A stretch of 64,000 bases of DNA from an uncultured delta proteobacterium (GCA_963776345.1 CAVZMH010000022.1:224001-288000), one strand, 5' to 3'. Shown: positions 1 through 11,272, counted from the stretch's first letter. Made by a program: numbers and translations. The notes: generated by a model from the letters alone, not told the origin.

Positions 1-27
1 GTCACCTCGGCGCGTGGGAGGCGTCCG

Positions 28-601
28 CTACGGCGAGCCGCCCGTCGCCGGCGCAGCGGGAGGAGGGTTCCCCGGCTCGGCAGGAGCGGCCCCCGGCGCG
101 CCAGGGGCGGGCTGGGTGCCCGGCGCGGCCTCGCCACCGGGGAGGATGCCCGCCACCGGCTCGGTCACCACGCCGAGGATGTAGGCCCCGGCGGCGCGCG
201 ACCAGTCCAGCACCTGGACGACGCGCGGATAGGGCGCCTTGTCGTCCGGGAGGAAGAACACCAGCTTCTCCTCGTACGACTTGGCCGCCAGCGCGCGCTT
301 GATGCGGGTCTGGTACGCCTCGTCGTCCAGGACCTCCGAGTTCAGCTTGATCTCGCCCGGTGGGGGAGATCGAGACGACGAGCTGATCGCTCAGATCCTC
401 GGGCTGGACGTCCGTCTCCGTCTCGTCCGGGACGCGGACCATGATGTCCTTCTCCAGCAGCGGCGTCACCACCATGAAGATGATGAGGAGGACGAGCACC
501 ACGTCCACCAGCGGGGTGACGTTGATGTCCGAGTTCGGTCGCCCCTCGGTGATGGCGTACTTGCGCTTCTTGTGGAGGTGGTACTTCGCCCCGAGGCTCA
601 T
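28..601 (-). CDS. exbD: ExbD/TolR family biopolymer transport protein (apparent frameshift near 355-365)
   Basis: N-terminal INVTPLVDVVLVLLIIFMV motif. The C-terminal domain (EIKLNSE...LVFFLPDDKAPYPRVVQVLD) continues in another frame and ends at 28. Confidence 0.85.
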
Positions 602-1015
602 CTACTTCTCCTCCACGCCGAGCTTCACCGACTTGGCCTTGGCGTCCTGGGCGTCCTTGAGCACGCGGCGCACGTCGCCAAAAGTCAGCGACGCATCGCC
701 CTTGACCAGGATCGGCTTCCAGGGCTCGGCGGCCAGCTTCCCGGCGAGAACCTGCTTCAGCGCGTCGTCGGTCATCGGATCCTTCTCCAGCCAGATCCGC
801 TTGTCCGCGGTGACCGAGACGATCATCGGGTCGACGTCCTTGGCGTTCTCGTCGTGCTTCTGCTTCGCGGCGACCGGGAGCTTCACGTCCTTGCCGCGCT
901 GGAGCATGGGCGTCACCACCATGAAGATGATGAGCAGCACCAGCACCACGTCCACCAGGGGCGTGACGTTGATGTCCGACTTGATCCCGCCCCTGCCGCC
1001 TGCCGTCATCGCCAT
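602..1015 (-). CDS. exbD: ExbD/TolR family protein
   Basis: SDINVTPLVDVVLVLLIIFMVVTP and KGDASLTFGDV motifs. Confidence 0.93.
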   Translation of the reverse strand: MAMTAGGRGGIKSDINVTPLVDVVLVLLIIFMVVTPMLQRGKDVKLPVAAKQKHDENAKDVDPMIVSVTADKRIWLEKDPMTDDALKQVLAGKLAAEPWKPILVKGDASLTFGDVRRVLKDAQDAKAKSVKLGVEEK

Positions 1016-1046
1016 GGCGTGACTCTCCTCGACTCAGCCCAGGGGC

Positions 1047-1724
1047 TCAGAGCTCGGGGCCCGCGCCGGCGGCCGATTTGGCGACGAGGTCCAGGAACTC
1101 GTTGGACGACTCGCTGATGTCCACCGCGCGCGCGTCCACCCAGCCCTGCAGGTAGTTGTAGGCCATCACCGCGGGGATCGCGACGAGGAGACCGAAGGCG
1201 GTGGTGATGAGCGCCTCGGCGATACCGGCGGACACCGTGCCGAGACCGCCCGAGCCGGTGAGCGCCATCGACTGGAAGGCGTTCACGATGCCCATCACCG
1301 TTCCGAGGAGACCGACGAACGGGGCGGTTGAGCCCACGGTGGCCAGCAGCCCCAGGCCGCGCTTCAGGCTCTGGACCTCGCGCTGGGCCTGCCGCTCGAG
1401 CGCGCGGGCCACGGACTCGACCTGGAGGTCCTTGTCCTTGGAGGTGCTGAGGCGGAGGGCGTTGAGGCCCGCGCCGATCACCCGGCCCAGGTGGCCGACC
1501 TTTTCGCCGACCTTCGTCCCGGCGACGGTCATGAGATCATTCTTCGAGAGAGTGTTGGCCATCTTCTCGGCGAAGTTGCGCGACTCGCTGCGCGACTTGT
1601 TGAAGACGATGAGCCGCTCGGCCATCACCACGAGCGACGCGACGGACATGACGCCCAGCACGGCGACGATGAGTCGCGCGAACAGGCCCATGTGGTGCCA
1701 AAGGTCAGTGAGAGTGAATTGCAT
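1047..1724 (-). CDS. exbB: MotA/TolQ/ExbB proton channel protein
   Basis: LATVGSTAPFVGLLGTVMGI and GIAEALITTAFGLLVAIPA motifs; ATG start (MQFTL) at 1724. Confidence 0.93.
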   Translation of the reverse strand: MQFTLTDLWHHMGLFARLIVAVLGVMSVASLVVMAERLIVFNKSRSESRNFAEKMANTLSKNDLMTVAGTKVGEKVGHLGRVIGAGLNALRLSTSKDKDLQVESVARALERQAQREVQSLKRGLGLLATVGSTAPFVGLLGTVMGIVNAFQSMALTGSGGLGTVSAGIAEALITTAFGLLVAIPAVMAYNYLQGWVDARAVDISESSNEFLDLVAKSAAGAGPEL

Positions 1725-1783
1725 GGTTGTGGGGAGCGCCTCCGTGATGCGCCGGTGAAAGAGTTTGCCGATCGGCCGAATCG

Positions 1784-2488
1784 CTACTCGGCCATGCTGA
1801 GCTTGAAGTTGAAGACGTAGCTGACCTGCTGCGGCTTCCCCTGGAAGGTGACTGGCGTGTAGCGCGACGACTGCAGCCAGGAAAGCACCGCCTGCTCCAT
1901 GTGAGGGATGGGCTTGATGATCTGGCAGTTCTGGATCCGGCCCTCGGTGGTGATCACGCACTTCACGATCATCAGGCCGCTCACCCGCGCCTCGCGCGCC
2001 TCGCGGGTGTAGTCCGGGGCCTTTTTGCCGTTGGGGCTCGACTGGAGCTCCGGACGGGTCATGCCCTCGCCGAAGGACAGGGTGGTGCTCCCGAGCTGGC
2101 CGCCGACGACACCGCCAACCACGCCGCCGACGACACCGCCGACCACGCCGCCGGCGACGCCGCCCTCGACGCCCTCGGGCTCGTCGTTGGGGTCAGCCTC
2201 CTTGGGCTTGTCCTGGGGCACTTCCTTCGGCTGGATGAGCTTGTCCTTGGGCCTCTTCTTGACCTCGGTGTGTTTCTTGGTGGTCGAGGCCGGTGGGGGC
2301 GGAGGGGGAGGCGGGGGCGGCGCGACCTTCAGCACCACCGTGACGTCCTTGTCCTCCTTGGGGGGAGGCCGGGTCGAGAACCACAGGGCGAAGCCCAGGA
2401 GCCCCACGTGGAGCAGGATCGAAACGACCGCACCTGATCCGAAGCGGGACTTGGGCGTGACGCCGCGGCCCAGCACTGAATCGAACAT
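1784..2488 (-). CDS. tonB: Energy transducer TonB
   Basis: N-terminal TM with S-x3-H, poly-Pro linker, GGVVGGV repeats, TonB_C domain (YTREAREARVSGLMIVKCVITTEG). Confidence 0.92.
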   Translation of the reverse strand: MFDSVLGRGVTPKSRFGSGAVVSILLHVGLLGFALWFSTRPPPKEDKDVTVVLKVAPPPPPPPPPPASTTKKHTEVKKRPKDKLIQPKEVPQDKPKEADPNDEPEGVEGGVAGGVVGGVVGGVVGGVVGGQLGSTTLSFGEGMTRPELQSSPNGKKAPDYTREAREARVSGLMIVKCVITTEGRIQNCQIIKPIPHMEQAVLSWLQSSRYTPVTFQGKPQQVSYVFNFKLSMAE

Positions 2489-2772
2489 ACGTGACTCGTC
2501 TCCTGTAGCCGCTTGGCCCCCGTCGGGTGCGGCTCGGACCTGTGGTCTCCCCAGAAACCGGAATGGGCGCGCCTACATCAAAACGGGGGAGTTGTACAAG
2601 CCGTTCGCCGGGGGAATACCCACGACTGGGCAGACCGTGAGGGGCAATGGCCCGTCTGCACCTGCCCGTCATGTCTACCGAGATGATGCAAACTTCTATT
2701 GACAGGTCGGAGTAGGCCCGAGGAGCATGCGCGACTGCTTTCCCGCTTTCCGGCCACATTGGAGGGGTCTCG

Positions 2773-5700
2773 GTGAGTCAAAGACAGAATGACATCTGGA
2801 GGAATGCCCGCGCGGCACTGTTCGGCCTCGCCCTGCTCGCAGGATCAGGAGCATGGGCCCAGACCGGCGCTTCGGTGCTGACGGGTAACGTCGTCGACGC
2901 AGCCACGAAGGCACCCGTCACCGACGTGGTCGTCACGGCAACGTCTCCCAACCTGCAGGGCGAGCAGGTCGTCGTCACCGACACGACCGGCCTCTACCGC
3001 ATCCCGCAGCTGCCGCCGGGAACTTACACCCTGCGGTTCGAGAAGGAGAGCTATCGACCGTTCAGCCGGACGGGCATCGACGTGGTCTCCGACCGCACCC
3101 TCCGTCTGAACGTGGAACTGCTCCCCGAGACTGCCGGTGCGACCGAGATCTCGGTCGTCGGCTCGCCCCCCGTGGTCGACGTCGGTTCGTCCACCACCGG
3201 CGCCACCATCAACCAGGACTTCATCCGGAACCTCGCCATCGCGCGGCCGGGTGGCCTCGCCGGAGCGAACCGGTCCTTCGACTCGCTGGCGCTCGCCGCA
3301 CCCCAGGCGCAGGGCGACGTCTACGGCGTCGCGATCAACGGCGCCCAGTCCCCCGAGCAGCTGTACCTGATCGACGGTCTGTCGGTGAACAACCCGGCCT
3401 ACGGCGTGAACGGCACCCCGCTGACCTCCGAGTTCATCGACGAGGTCAACGTCGTCACCGGCGGCTACATGCCCGAGTACGGCCGCTCCACCGGTGGCGC
3501 GATCAGCGCGGTCACCAAGTCCGGCGGTAACGAGTTCCACGGATCGGTGTTCGGCACCTGGACCCCGGGTGGGCTCACCGGCACTCCCGCGCAGGTCGCC
3601 ACCATCCAGGCGGTGATCAACTCCAACGTCGCGCTGTCCAACATCGGCGACATCGGAGCGACCCTCGGTGGCTACATCATCAAGGACAAGCTCTGGTTCT
3701 TCGCCGGAATCCAGTACTCGGCCACCCGGTACTCGTACACCCGGACCTTCAGCACCCTCGAACGGGCGTGCTCACTGCCATCCCCAACTCCGAGCAGCGC
3801 CGGTTCGGTGACGAGCACGCCTGGAACTACATCGGGAAGCTCACCTACCAGATCACCCAGGACCATCGCGTGAGCGTGTCCGTCACCGGTACCCCCACCG
3901 CGGCGGCGGCGGTTCGAGCTTCCCGCTCCGTCCCCAGAACGAGTCCCGCGGCATCGTGACCGCCTCGGGCTACGCCAACGGAACGTTCAACGCCTTCGCG
4001 GCATCCAGAACACCAACTCCATGGACGTGACCGGCAAGTACAACGGCTCCTTCCTGGACAAGAAGCTGCTCCTCGACATCCGGGCGGCTGGCACAACCAG
4101 ACCAACGACAACCTGCCGGCCGATGGCTCCGGCTTCGACGTGACGAACCAGTCGACGCTCGCAGGAACTCCGGGCGTCCGCAGCCCGGGCGCGAACCGGA
4201 CCTCACCAGCCTCGATCAGTCGCTGCCCTCGAGCGTTGTTCAGGCCTGCGCCACGCCCGGCGCGTGCCCGGTGTCGAACTACTTCTACGGCGGCCCCGGC
4301 TTCCTCAGCCAGATCAAGCTGAACAGCTACCAGGGCCGCGGGGTGCTGACCTACCTGATCAGCGCGCTCGGCCACCACGTGCTGAAGGCCGGCTTCGACT
4401 ACCAGGCCGCGACTACGACATCACCCAGGCCTACTCCGGCGGCGCTCGCCGTCATTTCGGAACGGCGGCCGGCACCTACGTGTACGACTACCGCCGGTAC
4501 GGCCGATCACCGACGTCGACACCATCATCAACGACTTCGTGGTGAACCGGAAGGTGAAGTCCCAGATCGCCGGCGGCTTCGTCCAGGACAGCTGGAGCAT
4601 CATGGACAAGGTCACGCTGAACCTCGGTCTCCGCTACGACTCGCTGGCCATGCAGGGGACCGACGGGCTGAACCGGCTGGTCCTCAACGACCAGTGGAGC
4701 CCGCGCATCGGCGTGGTGTGGGATCCCACGCAGCAGGGCCGCGCGAAGATCTTCGCCAACTACGGCATCTACTACGAGAACATCCCGCTCGACATGGCCA
4801 ACCGCTCGCTGAGCGCGGAGGTCCAGCCGCGAGCCGCGCACCTGTGTGATCCCATCCAGGGATACAGGGTGTGTGATGCCAACACGGTTCGCCGCGCAGT
4901 GGGCGCGGGCGTGTCACCGGCCGGTCCGAGCCAGCTCTGGAACGTGACCGGCGCTCCCTACCCGAGCGCGATCGACCCGAACGTCAAGTCGCCGTCGAAC
5001 GAGGAGATCGTCGCGGGCGCCGAGTACGAGCTCATCCCCAACGCCCGGCTCTCCGCGAGCTACACCCACCGGAATCTACCGAGGGCGCTGGAGGACATGT
5101 CCAACACCGACGGCCAGACCTACTTCATCGGCAACCCCGGTGAGGGCATCGCCGACTCGTTCCCGAAGGCCAAGCGCGTCTACGATGCGGTGACGGTCTC
5201 CTTCAACAAGACCTTCTCCGACCTCTGGCTCGCGCAGGTCAGCTACACCTGGTCGCGCCTGACCGGTAACTACGACGGCCTCTGGTCCCCGAACTACCAG
5301 CAGCAGCTGGACCCGAACATCACGGCCAACTTCGACCTCAAGACCCTGCTCCTGAACGGTGACGGCGTCCTCAGCGCCGACATCACCCACTTCATCAAGG
5401 TCTACCTGGCGAAGGAGTTCGTGGTCAGCCCGGTGTTCAGCATCAGCCTCGGTGGCTCGTTCAACGCCAACTCCGGCACCCCGGTCGATGCGCTCGGCGC
5501 GCACCCGATCTACGGCGACGGTCTGGCCTACATCCTCAGCCGCGGCAGCGCCGGCCGGCTGCCCTGGGTGACCAGCCTCGACGGCAAGGTGAACTTCAAC
5601 TACCGGTTCACCAAGGACCTGGTGCTGACCGCCTCGGTGGAAGCCTTCAACATCTTCAACTCGCAGCGGCCCACCCAGATCGACCAGCGGTACACGCAGG

Positions 5701-6008
5701 ACTCGGTCGGCCCGATCATCGGGGCCGCTCCGGGGACAGTCACCACGGCTGGTAACCCTCCGAACACCCAGTACGGCGGCCTCTGCCCACAGACGGCAGT
5801 GAACGGCTCGAACGACGTCTCGAGCTGCGGGCAGGGCAACGGCAACCTGCCGAAGCCGTACCGCTATGCCGACGGTACCCGCGGCCAGGTGGTCCTCCCT
5901 GACGCATTCCAGACACCTGTGGTGGCGGCGACCAACCCTGCCTGGGGTCAAGCCAACGCCTACCAGCCGGTTCGCCAGTTCCGGTTCAGCCTGCGGGTGA
6001 CCTTCTAA
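2773..6008 (+). CDS. oar: Oar-like TonB-dependent outer-membrane transporter with N-terminal carboxypeptidase-regulatory-like domain; several apparent frameshifts between about 3760 and 4510
   Basis: Signal peptide, plug (YLIDGLSVN...GGYMPEYGRSTGG), barrel motifs FVQDSW and LNLGLRYD, C-terminal FSLRVTF. Middle segments lie in alternating frames. Divergent from tonB-exbBDD as at the Myxococcus oar locus. Confidence 0.85.
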
Positions 6009-6037
6009 TGAACGCCCTCTCCAGGAATCCAAGGACC

Positions 6038-6757
6038 ATGAAGCGCACCATTCTCACCACCCTCGTCGGCGCCGCAGTGCTCGGCCTGACGGGCTGCGGC
6101 TCCATGACCGCGGCGGACTGCCAGCTCCAGAGCTCCGCCAACGGCCCCTACGTGGTCAAGTTCACCCAGGCCGGCGCAGGCACGGGGTGCACGCCGACCA
6201 CGGGCCCGGACGTGTTCGCCGACCTCTGGCAGTTCGACCCGTTCGAGAACCGGTTGATCGTGGCCTTCTCCAGGCAGTCCACGCTGCCAATCCCGCCGAA
6301 CAATGCAACCCCCCTGCCTCCCGACCCGAACTTGCCCATCTACGGGAAGGGCACGTTCGACGCGCAGTTCCCGGATGCGAACGACCTCTGCACCGTCCCG
6401 ACCCTCAGCACGATGCAGGTGACCGCCACCAGGAGCTTCGCGGTGACGAATCTCCAGTTCCTGAACACCGCGATCTACCTGGGCACCGAGTTCAAGGGCG
6501 ACGTCACCTACACCAACGGGGCCTGCATCCGTCCGTACACGATGCAGGCCCTCAACCCGGCGGTCACCTGCGGGACCAAGGAGGATTGCGACCCCTTCTC
6601 GCAGCCGTTCGCCTCGGGCATCAACTCCAAGTACAACACCGACTGCATCAAGGACGCCTGGGCGACGGACTACACGGGCGATCCCGACACGGGATTCTGC
6701 TTCTTCGTCGGGGAGTTCCCGAGCAACGACGGCTGGAAGCCGGTCACGACCCCGTGA
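6038..6757 (+). CDS. Cys-rich lipoprotein in the position of MlpA downstream of oar
   Basis: MKRT...LGLTG-C lipobox; multiple Cys; AAGGA RBS; immediately follows the receptor. Confidence 0.75.
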   Translation: MKRTILTTLVGAAVLGLTGCGSMTAADCQLQSSANGPYVVKFTQAGAGTGCTPTTGPDVFADLWQFDPFENRLIVAFSRQSTLPIPPNNATPLPPDPNLPIYGKGTFDAQFPDANDLCTVPTLSTMQVTATRSFAVTNLQFLNTAIYLGTEFKGDVTYTNGACIRPYTMQALNPAVTCGTKEDCDPFSQPFASGINSKYNTDCIKDAWATDYTGDPDTGFCFFVGEFPSNDGWKPVTTP

Positions 6758-6790
6758 CCTGAGACGGACCGTCGACCGACGGATCCCACG

Positions 6791-6830
6791 GCCCCGGTGA
6801 CCCCCTCGCGGGTCGCCGGGGTTCGTCTTT
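6791..6830 (+). terminator. Probable intrinsic terminator
   Basis: GCCCCGGTGACCC / GGGTCGCCGGGGT hairpin followed by TCGTCTTT. Confidence 0.6.
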
Positions 6831-6880
6831 GCGGGCCCGGCTGGACGCACTGGCCCCGGGCGCGTTAGCCCTGGAGCGCC

Positions 6881-8425
6881 GTGACCTCCTCCCGGGACCT
6901 CCTCGCGCACCGCCAGGCCCTGCTCGCCGACGAGCAGGGCACGCTGCACAAGGTGGCGCCCCTGCGCGTGGCCCTCTGCTACCCGAGCCCGTACCACGTC
7001 GGGATGAGCTCGCTCGGGTTCCAGACCATCTACCGGGAGATCCACGCCCATCCCGGGGCCACCGCCGAGCGGGCCTTCCTCCCCGACGACGTCGAGGCCT
7101 TCCGGGAGAGCCGGACGCCCCTCTTCACGCTCGAGTCGGCCACCCCGGTGGGCGAGCTCCCGGTCCTGGCCTTCTCCGTCGCCTACGAGCTCGAGCTGCC
7201 GGGGCTGCTGGACGTGCTGACCCTCTCGGGCCTCCCGGTGCTGGCCTCGGAGCGCGGGACCGACTGGCCTCTGGTCGTCGCCGGCGGGCCGCTCACCTTC
7301 TCCAACCCCGAGCCGCTGGAGCCGTTCGTGGACGTCCTGGTCCAGGGCGAGGCGGACGGGCTCATCCACCAGCTCCTGGACGCCCTGGCCGAGGAGACGG
7401 ACCGGGACGCCCTCCTCGACCGCCTGGCCCGGACCCCGGGATTCCGGGTCCCGGGCCGCGGCGGCGTGTCCCTGCACGTCACCCGCGCCGACGACAGCCG
7501 GCTCCCCGCCCGCTCCCAGGTCCTGACCCCCCACACCGAGCTCTCGTCGATGTTCCTCGTGGAGCCGGAGCGGGGCTGCAGCCGGGGCTGCCACTACTGC
7601 GTCATGCGCCGGACGACGAACGGGGGGATGCGCACCGTCCCGCCCGAGCGGGTGCTGGAGCTCGTCCCGGCGGCCGCCCGCCGGGTGGGCCTGGTCGGGG
7701 CTGCCGTCACCGACCACCCGCGCATCGTCGAGCTGCTCCGGGCCCTGGTCGACTCGGGCCGCGAGGTGGGCGTCTCCTCGCTGCGGGCGGACCGGCTCAC
7801 CCAGGAGCTGGTGGACACGCTGCGCCGCGGCGGGGCCCGGGTGCTCACCGTGGCCTCGGACGGGGCGAGCCAGCGGATGCGGGACCTGGTGGACCGCAAG
7901 CACTCCGAGGAGCAGCTGGTGCGCGCGGCCCGGTTCGCCGCCGCCGCCGGGATGGAGCGGCTCAAGGTCTACTCGATGGTGGGGCTCCCCCTGGAGACGG
8001 ACGCCGACGTGGACGAGCTGGTCCGCTTCACCCGGGAGCTGGCCGGGCACCTGCCGGTGGCGCTCGGCGTCTCCCCCTTCGTCGCCAAGCGGCACACCCC
8101 GCTGGACGGCGCGCCGTTCGCGGGCATCCGGGAGATCGACGAGCGGCTGGACCGCCTCCGCCGGGGGCTGAAGGGAAAGGCCGAGGTGCGGCCCACCTCC
8201 GCCCGCTGGGCCTGGGTGGAGTACATGCTGGCCCAGTGCGGCCCGGAGGCAGGGCTCGCGGCGATGGACGCCTGGCGCGACGGCGGCAGCTTCGCGGCCT
8301 GGAAGCGGGCGTTCGCCGCCCGGGGCTGCACCCCCTCGCTCCGGGCCCGGGTGGCGGACGGGCGGAGGATGCCCACCGACTGGCCGCGGGTCGACGGGCA
8401 GTCCGCCCCGCGTCCCGCCGCCTGA
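6881..8425 (+). CDS. Radical SAM protein (YgiQ/TIGR03960-like N-terminal domain)
   Basis: CxxxCxxC (CSRGCHYC); N-terminal YPSPYHVGMSSLG motif. Confidence 0.88.
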   Translation: MTSSRDLLAHRQALLADEQGTLHKVAPLRVALCYPSPYHVGMSSLGFQTIYREIHAHPGATAERAFLPDDVEAFRESRTPLFTLESATPVGELPVLAFSVAYELELPGLLDVLTLSGLPVLASERGTDWPLVVAGGPLTFSNPEPLEPFVDVLVQGEADGLIHQLLDALAEETDRDALLDRLARTPGFRVPGRGGVSLHVTRADDSRLPARSQVLTPHTELSSMFLVEPERGCSRGCHYCVMRRTTNGGMRTVPPERVLELVPAAARRVGLVGAAVTDHPRIVELLRALVDSGREVGVSSLRADRLTQELVDTLRRGGARVLTVASDGASQRMRDLVDRKHSEEQLVRAARFAAAAGMERLKVYSMVGLPLETDADVDELVRFTRELAGHLPVALGVSPFVAKRHTPLDGAPFAGIREIDERLDRLRRGLKGKAEVRPTSARWAWVEYMLAQCGPEAGLAAMDAWRDGGSFAAWKRAFAARGCTPSLRARVADGRRMPTDWPRVDGQSAPRPAA

Positions 8426-8431
8426 GGGAGC

Positions 8432-9293
8432 TCAGGGCAGGAGCGAGAAGAACCGGGCGATCTCCGCACCGGCCCAGTCGGGCACGTCGTGGTCGCCGCC
8501 CCACTCGCAGTAGTCCACCGCGTAGGGGGCCGGACAGGCGTAGCCCACGCAGCGCGGGCCGTCCGGCGCGGGGCTCGAGCTGCACCCGTCGCGGTGCAGG
8601 GTGTTGCTGCGCGCGGCCTGCCCCTCCAGGAGCGGAATGGCCTCGTCCTGGGTGCCGTGGATGAAGAGTCCCGAGATGGGCGCCGTGCAGCAGCTGGTGT
8701 CGAATCGCCGATCGCTGCCCGCGACGGCGGCCATCGCGCGGAACGCGCCCGGCACGTTGCACCCCAGGTAGAGGGTGAAGACCGCGCCCGCGCTGAAGCC
8801 GGCGATGTAGATCCGCTCCGGGTCGATGCAGTAGCTCCCGGGAGAGCAGGCGGAGGAGGCTGTCCACCCGACGCCCGTCGCGGGAGCCGGGCGTGATGTC
8901 CCAGGTTCCCTGAATGGCGTTGGGGTAGACGAGGATGGCCCCTCCATCCACCGGTCCCTCGAGCGCGAACCGCGTGCGCGCCTCGTCACCGCTCCCGCCG
9001 GCGCCGTGGAAGGCGAACACCACCGGAAGCGCCGTCCCGGGCGCCGAGGGCGGCACCACCAGGAGGCCACCCTCCTTGGCCCACCCGAGCGTGGCGAGGT
9101 CCAGCACGCCGGTCGCGCCGGGCGAGGCCGCGCACCCGGGGACCGGCGCCGGCAGGCCGGTGAGGAACACGCCGCCGTCGCCGGGGACGAAGCAGGCCGC
9201 GGGGAAGAGTCCCCCGTCCGGCAGCGCGGTCGTCTCGGAGGAGCAGGCCGTGAGCAGCAGCAAGGCGAGCAGCGCGTGGCGCAACGAGGACAC
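8432..9293 (-). CDS. Lipoprotein alpha/beta hydrolase, PHB-depolymerase/LpqC-like (frameshift near 8840)
   Basis: LTAC lipobox; PVVFAFHGAGG; in the next frame CIDPERIYIAGFSAG, IHGTQD and GGDHD catalytic motifs. Confidence 0.8.
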
Positions 9294-9350
9294 TCCCGGG
9301 CCGTCTCCCCCTGGCCCGCAGGTTAGCACGCACCGGGCGTCCAGGGGGCG

Positions 9351-9890
9351 TCAGCGGGCGGTGCGGACGCCGCTCGAGGTCCCGGGGACGAGCTCCACCC
9401 GGCGGACGCCGGGCAGCTCCGCCAGCACCCTCCGCGCCGGCACGGTGGCGCCCACCGTCGTGTACTGCGCCCGGCCGATGCGGGTGTGGGCGTGCCGGAG
9501 CGGGAACTCGGACGACCGGGCGAGGAACCACTCTCGCGCCGCGGGCAGGGGTAAGAGATGTAGCTCCCGCCGGTCGAGGAAGACGTAGGCCAGGAGGTCC
9601 GCGCGGCTGTAGAGGAAGCAGCCCGGGGTGTCCTTCTCGGCGTTGGAGACCAGCTCGAGGAAGTACGTGCCCCGCCGCCCACCCTGCCGGTCGCCCTTCA
9701 CCTCGACCCCGAGCACCTCCGAGCCGGGCCGCTCCCAGAGGAGATCCACGCCCCGGTGCTGGAAGCGCGGATCCTCCTGGACGTCGTGGACCTGGGACCC
9801 GGCCGCCTCGGCGAGGAGGAAGTCCCGGACCAGCGCCACCGCCCGGGAGGCCGCGTGCTGCACCGCCTGCATGCTGTACGCGCGCGGCAC
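9351..9890 (-). CDS. Hypothetical protein with PD-(D/E)XK nuclease-like motif
   Basis: GVDLL...VEVKGD spacing followed by YFLELVSN. Confidence 0.6.
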   Translation of the reverse strand: MPRAYSMQAVQHAASRAVALVRDFLLAEAAGSQVHDVQEDPRFQHRGVDLLWERPGSEVLGVEVKGDRQGGRRGTYFLELVSNAEKDTPGCFLYSRADLLAYVFLDRRELHLLPLPAAREWFLARSSEFPLRHAHTRIGRAQYTTVGATVPARRVLAELPGVRRVELVPGTSSGVRTAR

Positions 9891-9953
9891 GGTTTCACCT
9901 TCCAACGGGGAAGGGCGGCTGTCTAGGCTCGCCGCAGCCCTCGGAGGCCTGCG

Positions 9954-10842
9954 ATGGAAGCCCGCTGCCCGCGCTGCTCCACCGTCTTCGGCACGGACCG
10001 GAGCGGCATTCAGTTCTGCCCCAACTGCGGGCAGCAGGTGGACGTGCCTGAGCCGCGGCCGGCGACCCCGCCGCGCTGGGACCAGCCTGTCGCCGGGGCC
10101 GGCGGCGCGGGAGGAGGCGTCGGCTCGGGGGGCTTCACCGGGGAGCCGCCGCCCGGAGGGGGGGCCATCCCGGGGCACCGCGAGCTCACGCCGTGGGAGC
10201 GGCGCAAGGAGATCGGCGTCGTCAAGGGCCTGATCGAGACCTGGAAGCGGAGCGTCCTCTCCCCCCAGACCTTCTTTCCCACCGTTCGCCCCGACGTGCC
10301 CGTGGAGCGAGGCGCTCTACTACGCGTGGATCCTCCACGCGATCACCGTCGCGGTGGGCCTGCCGTTCGTGGGCCTGGGGATGTTCCGCCCCACCTTCCC
10401 AGCGAACTTCGGGGCGGATCCGCAGGTGGAGAACGCCATGCGCGCGTTCTCCGGCGGGCTGGGCGTTGGCTCGCTGCTGGCGTCCCTGATCATCTACCCG
10501 CTGATGCTGCTCGCGGGCGCGGGAATCATCCATCTGGTGGCGATGCTCTTCGGCTCCGCGCGGAACGGGTACGGCGCCACGGTCCGGGCGCTCTGCTACG
10601 CCGCGGGCCCCAACCTCCTCGGCATCATCCCCTGCTTCGGGATCCTGGCCGGGATCTACGGGCTGGTCCTCGCCATCTTCGGCATCTCCAGCCTCCAGGA
10701 GACGACCATGGGCAAGGCGGCGGGGATCGTGCTCTTGCCGCTGGTCGTCCTGGGCTGCTGCTGCGGACTTCTGCTCTCCGCCTTCTTTGCCGCCATCGCC
10801 GGTCTGGTCAGCGGGATGGCCGAGGGGTCGCACTCGCTGTGA
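9954..10842 (+). CDS. Zinc-ribbon plus YIP1-family membrane protein (frameshift near 10305)
   Basis: CPRC...CPNCG; PWERR...TWKRSVLSPQTFF; Yip1-like helices continue in the 10354..10842 frame. Confidence 0.75.
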
Positions 10843-10849
10843 GCCGGCC

Positions 10850-11272
10850 GTGACGCTCCACTGGACCCCCCGCGAGCGACGCTTCACGCTCCTGCACGCG
10901 CTCGGGCTGGCCGGCGCGCTGGGGCTGCTCGTCGCGCGCTTCGTCCCGGTGGCGCGCCTGCCCCTCTGGCGGTGCGTGTTCCGGGAGCACACCGGCTGGC
11001 CGTGCCCCGGATGCGGGCTGACCCGGGCCGCGGACGGGCTCGCGCATCTGCGGTTCGGCTTCGCCTTCGAGTCGAACCCGCTGGGTGCGCTCGCCGGCTG
11101 CCTCCTGGCGGGGGCGGCGGTGCTGGGGCTCGTGCAGTGGGTGTTCCGGCTGTCGCTCCCGGTGCCGCAGCTCGCGCCGGGCGAGGCCCGCGCCGGACGG
11201 GCGGCGCTGGTCGCGGCGCTCGTCGCCAACTACGCCTTCGTCATCGTCCAGACCCGCCTCGGCTGGCGATGA
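10850..11272 (+). CDS. DUF2752-family membrane protein
   Basis: CVFREHTGWPCPGCGLTRA...AFESNPL motif. Confidence 0.85.
   Translation: MTLHWTPRERRFTLLHALGLAGALGLLVARFVPVARLPLWRCVFREHTGWPCPGCGLTRAADGLAHLRFGFAFESNPLGALAGCLLAGAAVLGLVQWVFRLSLPVPQLAPGEARAGRAALVAALVANYAFVIVQTRLGWR

Noticed and set aside
2098..2170. GGVVGGV repeat in tonB
   Set aside because: A common low-complexity linker in TonB proteins of this type; not a separate element.
2682..2704. Possible Fur box and TTGACA upstream of the receptor
   Set aside because: Only 11 of 19 positions match the Fur consensus and there is no good -10 element; too weak to call.
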